From assembly GCA_977030845.1 (NCBI GenBank), contig OZ365119.1:12214001-12278000 (forward strand): a stretch of 64,000 nucleotides of DNA. Direction: 5' to 3'. The stretch comes from Fimbriosthenelais zetlandica (Eukaryota). The notes under the pieces are model-generated. The model was not told the origin of the DNA, did not search any database, and saw nothing but the letters and a program-made list of their open reading frames with translations. Below, piece after piece: positions 13,694 through 24,900 of this stretch. The position numbers and the translations under genes were made by a program. How positions within the stretch are numbered: position 1 is the stretch's first letter; the number at the start of each line of letters is the position of its first letter.

Positions 13694-15130
13694 ATGGCGA
13701 GCAACCAATCTGTCGAGCTTCATTCCAACTTGTCCTGCTGGGAGAGACCCACGTCAGAGTGCTACAATGTGTGGAGGGAGATGAACTTTCTGTGTGTAGG
13801 TATGATAATACCTGTGGGTCTCATCTTTAATACTCTAGCCCTGCTTGTATTCGCGTGCTCGTGGTTAAGGAGCACCGTACCTGGACGTTACTTCATCGCC
13901 CTGGCCATCGCTGATAACCTTGTCCTCCTGGGGGAACTCCTCAACTGGCTAAACATGATCACACCGGAGGGCTCACGGACAGGGATCACCTTCATGCACA
14001 CGTATGACTGGATATGTAAGGGAATTCACTGGTTACGTTACGGTGCTAGAATGTGGTCGTCATGGGTAACGGTAGCCATTACTATAGAACGGTTCCTAAC
14101 AGTGACGTACCCACTCAAAATGGCGGCATATTCAAACCCAGTTAAATCAACTATAGTGGTGAGCGTTCAGTTTGTCATGTGTTTTACAGCCTCGTCATAT
14201 ACCCTGGCTACCATACAGGCATCGGTCTACGGTAATCAGTTACTGTGTCACTTCTCAGATACCATCTATTATCATGTATGTACGTTAGTCATCGTGGCTC
14301 TATTCGGCGAGTTAGTTATACCCAGTATGGTTGTGTTTATATTCACCGTCCTCATTATTAAACAGCTGGCTAAAGCTTCACAGAGACGGAAACTCTTCAC
14401 TGAGGGTCAGAACAGCTTACAACAGATGAACACTCCACGACAGAGAGAGAGGCAGCCTACTATAGCACTGCTGGCCATCGCCATCATGTTCCTCACTGTC
14501 CGTCTACCTTATATCATTACATTCATACTCAATGATCTCAACGGGGTGGCTAAGATTGAGGACATCATCTCTAAATACCCTCTCTACATAGCCTATAAGA
14601 TCTCACACGTTCTAGCTGTCACTAACTACGCCTTTAACTTCCTGCTCTTCTGTGTGTCTGGGGTGACGTTCAGGACAGAGCTTCATCGGTTTGTTTTGTG
14701 TCGTTGCACCAACCAGCGCCCCTTCACGTCAGACTTTACGAGGAGTCGGTCACTCAGTGTTGAGAGGTTTAAACACTTCCATGTGGTGGTGGGGACTGGG
14801 CGGTCAGCTAGTGTGGACATACTGTGTCATATAGGTAGGAGACTGACGCCCACCCCCAGTAAAAACACCAGTATTGAACACCTACAAAACCCACTGTTAC
14901 ATGGCATCAGGAGTGTGTCTGTAGGTGCAGAGAAACAACTCAACTGTACGGCATCAGAACTGAAGCTTAACGGCCTTCCACGACCAGGCTTTAAACGGAC
15001 CTCAGATGCTACCCTCACATACCATGAACCGACCGGCAGACGACTAAATAAAAACCTAAAGACAAGGTCCCTGACTCCCGAGAAGATGGGGATGAATGGC
15101 AGTATCTCCTATATAGATGATAGTGACTAG
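13694..15130 (+). CDS. Class A (rhodopsin-like) GPCR, peptide-receptor type (FMRFamide-receptor-like/orphan group), 478 aa
   Basis: Uninterrupted ORF with seven hydrophobic segments, TM3 ERF motif (AITIERFLTVTYPLK), TM5 P, TM6 LPY, TM7 TNYAFNFLLFCVSG..FR; aagATGG start with upstream in-frame stop; probable acceptor at 13378; AATAAA at 15237. Confidence 0.95.
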   Translation: MASNQSVELHSNLSCWERPTSECYNVWREMNFLCVGMIIPVGLIFNTLALLVFACSWLRSTVPGRYFIALAIADNLVLLGELLNWLNMITPEGSRTGITFMHTYDWICKGIHWLRYGARMWSSWVTVAITIERFLTVTYPLKMAAYSNPVKSTIVVSVQFVMCFTASSYTLATIQASVYGNQLLCHFSDTIYYHVCTLVIVALFGELVIPSMVVFIFTVLIIKQLAKASQRRKLFTEGQNSLQQMNTPRQRERQPTIALLAIAIMFLTVRLPYIITFILNDLNGVAKIEDIISKYPLYIAYKISHVLAVTNYAFNFLLFCVSGVTFRTELHRFVLCRCTNQRPFTSDFTRSRSLSVERFKHFHVVVGTGRSASVDILCHIGRRLTPTPSKNTSIEHLQNPLLHGIRSVSVGAEKQLNCTASELKLNGLPRPGFKRTSDATLTYHEPTGRRLNKNLKTRSLTPEKMGMNGSISYIDDSD

Positions 15131-15632
15131 ATGTGTGATTATATAAACATTATTCTACTTTATACAGAATGACAGTCGTCTTCTCTGGATCTTGAGCCTG
15201 TCTACTGTTCTTCTGTCATTCTATATTGAAATGGGCAATAAATATGTTATCAATCTTATATTAATCTTAAAGTTATAAATCTTACATTTAATCTTAACAA
15301 GAAAAATCGGTTTATCCGCGGGCTTGGATGCTTCTTGTAGACTTTCGCCGGCCATATTTGAAGATATAGCGGAGGTAGATTCCTTGAAACCTTTAAGAAC
15401 TAATTTGTCTTAATACTATTAACACTTAATACTTGTCTTGCAGCTAGGCCTACCTTAGCTCTTGTTGTAGATGGGCAGTATAACCAGGTGCTGTGTGTGT
15501 GTCAGTGTGTGTGCTGAAGGACATATAGTGCTAAACACTTCTACAATTTTACATTTTTATTTTGTCAAAGTTTCTGGCAGAATGTCTCGGGTGACCAGAC
15601 CTTCAGTTTGCATATATAGACTGTAGTGAGTA

Positions 15633-15798
15633 CCGTATTAGTCGGTGTATAAACCGCTACTATTTTCCTAAAAAAATCGTGGCCTGCGTTTAATACAACG
15701 AAGCGATTTTAATAGATTTCTATACAAGGCAGCGGTTTATATATGGATTTTAACCTGAGGGGCCAGGAGGGGTGCGGCTTATACACCGGCGAATAGGG
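15633..15798. mobile_element. pogo/Tigger-type (Tc1/mariner) MITE
   Basis: TA-CCGTATTAGTCGGTGTATAAACCGC ... GCGGCTTATACACCGGCGAATAGGG-TA: imperfect TIRs with TA on both flanks. Confidence 0.7.
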
Positions 15799-15914
15799 TA
15801 GAATGAGAAGATGAGAGAGTTTAATGATGATTGTATGAGAGATGTGTATCACGGTCATGGGTGTTAGGCGTATCTGTGTACTAAAGTCAGCAGTATGATG
15901 GTAAGGTGCGTTAC

Positions 15915-18900
15915 TCAGACAGCGTCTACTTGTAACGTCTGACCACGTAGATACACGTAGACGGTATTGAACGTAAACACCGTACCGATGATGGCACCTA
16001 AGGCACTTGATAACTGAAAGAAAATTAAAAAAACAATATTAATACATGTACCTTATAATGACCACTATAGCCAATATAACACATACTACTAGACTAATTA
16101 ATTTATAGCCAAGATAGACATAGTAATGTATCAGTTGAGCAAGAAATCGGCACAAAATATGCTACCAGAAGTTTTACTTAAAATAATTTATTAAATTAAA
16201 ATTAGATTGAGATCATTGGGGAAGTAATTCACCTTGATAAACAAATTATAATTCCTATAGAATTCCAAGACTTCTACTCGGAGGAGGGCCAGACTACAGG
16301 CGATATAAGCTTCACTCTGGTAGGAATCCTGACATCTGAAACAGACAACAGCAAGCTTAGAGCCTGTAGGCGGGGGAACCAGTGGGATATAGTCAAGCTA
16401 TAGTGACACTCAAGTGATTTGCGACTCTTTTGGAACTTTTTCCTTGCGACTTGGCGCTGCTTGAGTCCCACATTATGACCACATATCTAAAGCCGGGACT
16501 CCACTGCTGCGATTTTGCTTGTGACACTGCTGCGACAAAGCCGTCAAAGGTGATGCTTGTGTCGCAATAAAATTTACAAATTGTGGATGAAGTGTCCAAG
16601 GCCTTAAGGTCGTCCTCCACTGGTAAATTTATCATTGAAACCCAAGCAACACCTTTGTCGCAGACGTGTCGCAAGCACTGTCGCATCAGTGGAGTCCCGG
16701 CTTTAGTTTTAGATGTGATCGCCAAGTCCCAATGGCCCCAAGTGGGATATAAACTGTTAATATATTTAGTATAGTGATTACCTGGAGTAGAATTGTCGTA
16801 GTAGTGTAATGTTGGAAGCTTGGGCGGCGTTAGGCACACCTAGACCCTCTAATATATAGGTAGGTACGTACAGGCCCTCCTCGACCAGCACACCCAGGTT
16901 AAAATAACCCTGAAATAGACAATCAATATTCATTATATATTAAATCAATTATAATCTAAAATCAATTATCATTACATGAATGTATTACATTTAAAAATGA
17001 TAGGGAATGAATGATGGATAAATGTATGAATGGATGAATGAATGAATGAATGAATGAATGAATGAATGAATGAATGAATGAATGAATGTATGAATGAATG
17101 AATGAATGTCTTACATGTGGGTCATGTTTTACGGCAGCATTAGCATACATAATGACAGCTTGTTGTGGATTCCGCTCTCCGCCACACCCATACCAATGAT
17201 AATCACCCATCTTAATCCAAGCTGCAACAAAATAAAAACAGAAAATTATGAAAATTATAGTCAAAAATCCCCCGAAAACATCCAGGAATTCACTATAACC
17301 TACAGGCCTTAAAATTCCATTGTTAGTGGCATAGGTCCTTTATTTTTACTAGAATTACTATTAAAAAGAAAATGAAGATTTGATTGAGTAAAACTCACAA
17401 TATGAATCGACAAACTGGGGCTCGCGTCTTGTAGAGAGATTAAAATGTTTCCACACACATTCCTTCTCTATGTAACTTGTTATACCGTCCTGAAAAATGA
17501 CAAATACAGTTTATATTAGACATACAGTTTAACTGACATTTAACTACATTATTGTCGTTAATAATTGTGAGTATTTTACCGTGTTTTCGTCACAGAGAAG
17601 TCCCAGGTTAAAGTTGGCCACCTCCGTCCCCCCATCAGCAGCTAACATGTAGTAAAACAGGGTGGCCGGCCTGGAAAATCAAAACACATCATTATACAGT
17701 GAAACCTCACTGAAAATGTGGTGCGCTGTACTGTAGTAGGTCGGTTTATTGAGTGTTCTAGTGTAAGAGACTATAACTGACCAGTTTTAGTGAGTGTTCT
17801 AGTGTAAGAGACTATAACTGACCAGTTTTAGTGAGTGTTCTGGTGTAAGAGACTATAACTGACCAGTTTTGAAGTTTGTAGTTTTTTAGACCTCGTGAGA
17901 GTAGTCTACCGAGGGCAGGACTCATCTCGGCCACGTAACGAGCCCAGTTAACGGCCAGGTCAGCGTTACGTGTGACGTTAGGATGTCCACGGACGTTATA
18001 CATGGCCACCATGACGCTCGAGTCGTACTGGCCGCGCATCGCGCCCTCCGAGAAATACTTAAACGCCTTAATCTGTAATTAAAGTCAAAATATAATTACA
18101 TCTTACAATATTCATTCCATTTTCAATTTATTTTAAACTCTTAGTCGGCACCATAGACTTCTTATATGTCTATGTCTACGTCTAGAAAAACGGAAATAGA
18201 CAGAATACCATAGACTAGCCACATACATTGTGCCCCGGTAGTCTACGACCCCTAAACCTCGCTATTATAATCATTCAAAATGAATATTAAGATTCCTCTC
18301 TATATTACACCGGGCCACCCTACATTGGGGGGTTGATATAATATGAAAAACAGAGGTTTGTTTTGGGTTTGTAGTCAGTTCAGTGGTAGTATTGGTGAGT
18401 GTGGACTCTATATATGCCTCTGACATATAATAAATAACTGACCCTGTCTGGACTGCCTTTAGAAGCGTTGGGATGCTTGCCGTTCTGGAACATGTGACCC
18501 ACGTTATGACTGGCGTCAGGGTTCCCCAGCTCATGAGCCTTCATGAAGATCTCAGCCGCGGCGGTGTAGTTATGTGTGACCTCTAATTCATACCATCCTA
18601 CAGCATTCATAGCACCGGAATGACCCTGTCAAAATGACAAATTATAATACCATATAATATATAGCCATCCACTCATTATAATACACTATAACCCTATAAT
18701 ATATAGCCAGTCATTCATCATAATACACTATATAACCCTATAATATATAGCCAGTCATTCATCATAATACACGATATAACCCTATAATATATAGCCATCC
18801 ATTCATCATAATACACTATATAACCCTATAATATATAGCCAGTCATTCATCATAATACACGATATAACCCTATAATATATAGCCATCCATTCATCATAAT

Positions 18901-21900
18901 ACACTATATAACCCTATAATATATAGCCAGTCATTCATCATAATACACGATATAACCCTATAATATATAGCCATCCATTCATCACAATACACTATATAAC
19001 CCTATAATATATAGCCATCCATTCATCACAATACACTATATAACCCTATAATATATAGCCATCCATTCATCATAATACACTATATAACCCTATAATATAT
19101 AGCCATCCATTCATCATAATACACTATATAACCGTATAATATATAGCCATCCATCCATCATAATACACTATATAACCCTATAATATATAGCCATCCATTC
19201 ATCATAATACACTATATAACCGTATAATATATAGCCATCCATTCAATGTCTATTCATCCATTAATACGTCTATTCATCCATGTAGGTTTACCTTGTCAGC
19301 CGCCTGTTTGAGGTAGTATAAAGCCTCTGTGTAGTTCTGCTCCACCCCTTGTCCTTTCAGCAGTACCAGACCGTAGTCAAACAGAGCGCCCGGCTCCCCG
19401 CTCTCCGCACTTATACGGTAATACTCCACGGCCTTCTTAACGTTACGCTTAACACCCTGAGAGCCCCAGTACATGAGGCGAGCCAGGTCCCGCTGTAAAT
19501 ATAGTAAATGTACATGAGCCAGGTCCCGCTGTAAATATAGTAAATGTACATGAGCCAGGTCCCGCTGTAAATATAGTAAATATACATGAGCCAGGTCCCG
19601 CTGTAAATATAGTAAATGTGGCTTTATATTCTATATATAAGACATAGAAGAGACAGAGAGAGACAGAGACAGACATAATAGAGACAGAGAGAGACAGAGA
19701 CAGACATAATAGAGACAGAGACAGACATAATAGAGACAGAGAGAGACAGAGAGAGACATAATAGAGACAGAGAGAGACAGAGAGACATAATAGAGACAGA
19801 GAGAGACAGAGACAGACATAATAGAGACAGAGACAGACATAATAGAGACAGAGAGAGACATAATAGAGACAGAGACAGACAGAGACAGACATAATAGAGA
19901 CAGAGAGAGACATAATAGAGACAGAGAGAGACAGAGACAGACATAATAGAGACAGAGACAGACAGAGACAGACATAATAGAGACAGAGAGAGACATAATA
20001 GAGACAGAGAGAGACAGAGACAGACATAATAGAGACAGAGAGACATAATAAGAGACAGAGAGAGACAGAGACAGACATAATAGAGACAGAGAGAGACAGA
20101 GACAGACATAATAGAGATAGAGAGAGACAGAGACAGACATAATAGAGACAGAGAGACATAATAGAGATAGAGAGTGACAGAGACAGACATAATAGAGATA
20201 GAGAGTGACAGAGAGAGACAGAGACAGACATAATAGAGACAGAGACAGACATAATAGAGACAGAGAGTGGTAAGTACCTGAGCATGTACGACCCCCTGCG
20301 CCGCCTGGTGAGTGAACCAGAGGAAGAGATCTCCGTCCTCCTCCGTCTGTACATCTACAGAGAAGTCGTCAGTGAGGCGGATGTTCTCTGTGTACACGTC
20401 CTCATCAGAGTGCTGTTCACGGTCCACACGGGCCTGATCCGCCATGTTCTTATAGTACACTGTAATAATGATGAGGTACAATAAAGATGGGGTACAATTA
20501 ATTGTGGGGTATATATTATTATATATATATATTATACATACAATAAAAATGTGGTCAATATTGTCGTACAATAATAAATAATTTCATCATACAGAAAATA
20601 TTAATTCATTCAAAATAAAATTTCCTAATATTCAAGATATTTTTAAGCCCATTTAATTCTNNNNNNNNNNNNNNNNNNNNNNNNNNNNNNNNNNNNNNNN
20701 NNNNNNNNNNNNNNNNNNNNNNNNNNNNNNNNNNNNNNNNNNNNNNNNNNNNNNNNNNNNNNNNNNNNNNNNNNNNNNNNNNNNNNNNNNNNNNNNNNNN
20801 NNNNNNNNNNNNNNNNNNNNNNNNNNNNNNNNNNNNNNNNNNNNNNNNNNNNNNNNNNNNNNNNNNNNNNNNNNNNNNNNNNNNNNNNNNNNNNNNNNNN
20901 NNNNNNNNNNNNNNNNNNNNNNNNNNNNNNNNNNNNNNNNNNNNNNNNNNNNNNNNNNNNNNNNNNNNNNNNNNNNNNNNNNNNNNNNNNNNNNNNNNNN
21001 NNNNNNNNNNNNNNNNNNNNNNNTGTAGATCTTGCGGCATGTCATCCAGGCCGTAGACATGTTTGTTACCGAGAGCGAGCAGAGAGAGTTTATGGTTGTA
21101 GAGAGCTCCCAACATGAGGTAATGCTGCGCCTGAGACCACAAACATTACAAATATTATTATATTGGCTTTTATCTTTGTCTTGAGGTAAATATATAAATG
21201 GAAGATCCTTAGAGTTCAACAGCTGCTGTTATAAATAGTTAAAAATAAAATAAATTTAAATATTAAAATTTTTAAAGCTCACCATGATCTCGTCTGATCT
21301 GTAACCAAAACCATGATTCAAGATGGAGGCCAGGATGTAGCTAGCGTCGTGGTTACCATAGCAACTAGACTGTTTGAGAAGCTGAACTACTTCACTCATC
21401 CTGTCGAAACCGAACTCCTCCTACAAGAACAATAAAATAATTCATAAATTTACTTTTAAAAGTCTTAAAATAACATCTTAAAATTCTACAATTTTAGCTA
21501 ATATTCTTAATTATATTTTACAAAACGAGTTTAAATAAAAAACCATTATGAATTATTTAAAACAATTCATTAAAAAAAATAATCTCACAACTAGATATAA
21601 GGCATGGTCGTGGATAGCCGTGCCCACGTCTATATTTTATATAATTAATATATTTTTTTATTTTTTTTATTATATTTTGTGTATATTAATCTCACCACTA
21701 GTTGTAAAGCGTGGTCGTGGATAGCCGTGCCCACGTTCTCTAGTTTAAACGGTCGGCCTGACAGTACAGCCGTCTTCACCCACTTCCTGATGAAGCTGTA
21801 GGCTTTAGAGCGAGGTCCGCCCCGCATATTACACGTCTCCTCTATGACAGGCCGCTTTATCAGCGGGAAGAGTGAGTAGAAATCTCCCCTACACACATCT

Positions 21901-24900
21901 GTAAATTAACACATCATTTACATTCATTCTTACATCGTTCAAATTACGATTTGTAACAAGGAAAAGTGAAAATTAAGTATCAATCACTGGTTCTTTTATC
22001 TGTTCAAACAAGGAATTATTACATCGTGAAAACGAATAGAAAATAGAAAACTTTTCCTAGGAAATGATCCCCAAAATAACTGATAAATAAGAGTGAAAAT
22101 TGAATATTAATTTCTCATTTTTATCAGTCCAAATAAAGAATAGAATTGTTATGAAAAGGTATAGGAAAGTCCATGATAAATCAGGACTTTTAACAACATG
22201 GGGAAGTATGGGAAATCTTGTATTTTTTAATGGATTTTAGCAAAAGTGAATACATACAGGGGTTGGGTTTGGTGCGGAGTTGGGAGTAGTGGAAGCTAAT
22301 ACGATAGTTAATCCAGTTGAGGAAGTCCTCACACCGCCCTGCCTTCTCTCCTATACCCAGGCCGAACATGGGGTGCTTGTCACTCGGGTAGGGAATCTGA
22401 GAGATAATGAAACAATATTGAACATTCTGAGCGGGAGAGATGGCTTTACAGGCTATAACAACATGGCTGGTATGGTTTACAGGCTATAACATGGCTGGTA
22501 TGGTTTATAGGCTATAACAACATGGCTGGTATGGTTTATAGGCTATAGCATTGCTGGCATGGTTCGGTTACTAGCTACTAGGATCCACACTTTACGCGCG
22601 GCCACCAAGCGGAGGAAAGCTGAACTACACTGTCGGCATTATCTTCCCCTGTGATGTTTACTTAGAGTCCAACTGTCACCAAATATAACTAGGATTAATT
22701 TACTTTCTAATTCCGTACTAGATTCAATGATAAACATTTCATTACGTGAAGCTAGGCCATGAATACCACAACGCGCCATTTACTAGTTACTACGATCCAC
22801 ATTTTACAAACTGTCATGGCGGCCATAGATCCAAAACTCGCGAATCACACACTTCTACAGCCAATAAAAGTCCATTTACTCATTAAATTATCAACAAATT
22901 GACTTGAAATGGCAAATAACATGAATATATTGTCTGCTGTGGTAGAATAATGAAGTAGGAGGAGCACTAACCGTTTTGGGTTCACGGTATTGACGTCTGT
23001 AGATGGTCGACTCACCCACGTAGCCCTGGAAGGCGGGGGTGATCTCACTGCCTCCAATAATGTGTAAAGCGATGTCACTATCATACCATATAGGTGAATC
23101 TGGTGTCAAAACCCTGGCAAAAAACAATAAAAATCATGAAAAACTGAGATGGAAATGCACAATCAATGAGCGTCATGTCACAGCTGCGGCGGGGAAATCT
23201 AATATGAGATAATAACATTTTATTTCTAAATAAAGACTGAATTAAAGTTTTAAATAAAATAAGGGAGACTTACTGAATGATGTTCTTTAATTCCTTTCTC
23301 CAGCTCTTCCCATAGTTGACTGTTATCAGCCACTGGATATAATAAAAACTAATTGATTATTTAATTACTATTTAATTAATTACGGTATTAACTTTTACAA
23401 TTTCATCTACTAAAATAAATGATATATTGAAGAAACTGATTGAAGACTCACTCTGTTATTGACTAAACCGACCACTAGACGGAGCCACTGGTCCTTAGGG
23501 AGACTGAATGTGGTGAGATGAGCTATAGGCACGCCATTCTCACACACTAACTGAACATGGAGCTGACCTGGTGAACGAACAAAATACTTAAATTTAAATA
23601 AATAAATAAATAAGATTACATGATTATAAATGTAGGAAAAAATAATAGGCAACCACTTTCCTTCCCGGTTGTATTACATGAATAAAATTATAATTTTAAA
23701 AATTTAAAATAGAAGAATTTGAGTAAGTTTGGTCACCTAGTTGGTTGATGTAGACTAGAGGGGTCATGTAGAGGTCGTCCCATTTTAATCGTTGGAAGAT
23801 GCTGCAGAGCGGGCGTCCACTGGGACAGTAGTCAGTCACATACATATAGATGACCAACGTCCACCTGCCAATGGGTAAAATGTTTTATTGTGAATTAAAC
23901 GTGTGAGTGCGAAAAGGGCGCATCTGTGTCAATATTATCCAAAATATTTGTGACAAATATTTTACTAATAATACATTTTTAAACAAAGATTTTAGTCCGG
24001 AAATTATATTTAACTATTAAATATTTCAAGATTAATAAATGGTAATGAATATACTGACTGGGGGTCGGTGTGTTGGTCTTGTCTCTCTGTCTCTAACTCT
24101 TTCACCGTGTAGTTAGACAGGGCGTTATACACACCATGTCCAGTACCGCTAAACACTATAGGGTACCGAACCAACTTTACTATCTCTGTAAAAAATAAAA
24201 TACATTTCCAGAAATTTGCCACATGATTACTAAAGAATTTCCATTAAAGAATTATCAAAGAATTCCATAGGTTCCTAATATTAATGGGATTATTATAGGA
24301 ATTTCAAAAGAGTTTTCATTGAAATAAAGGCTCAGATTTACTAGGAAATGACCTATACATGCCATAATAAGTATGATATAGGAGCTGGCCTACCTGGCTC
24401 TATAATAAGTATGGTATGGGAGCTGGCCTACCTGGCTCTATAATAAGTATGATATAGGAGCTGGCCTACCTGGCTCTATAATAAGTATGGTATGGGAGCT
24501 GGCCTACCTGGCTCTATAATAAGTATGATATGGGAGCTGGCCTACCTGGCTCTATAATAAGTATGGTATGGGAGCTGGCCTACCTGGCTCTATAATAAGT
24601 ATGATATGGGAGCTGGCCTACCTGGCTCTATAATAAGTATGGTATGGGAGCTGGCCTACCTGGCTCTATAATAAGTATGATATGGGAGCTGGCCTACCTG
24701 GCTGTATAATAAGTATGATATGGGAGCTGGCCTACCTGGCTCTATAATAAGTATGGTATGGGAGCTGGCCTACCTGGCTCTATAATAAGTATGATATTAT
24801 GGGGGCTGGCCTACCTGGCTGTATAATAAGTATGGTATGGGGGCTGGCCTACCTGGCTGTATAATAAGTATGGTATGGGAGCTGGCCTACCTGGCTCTAT

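Noticed and set aside
19449-20571. 301-, 315- and 169-aa minus-strand ORFs
   Set aside because: Microsatellite read-through; only 20459-20278 is a real exon.
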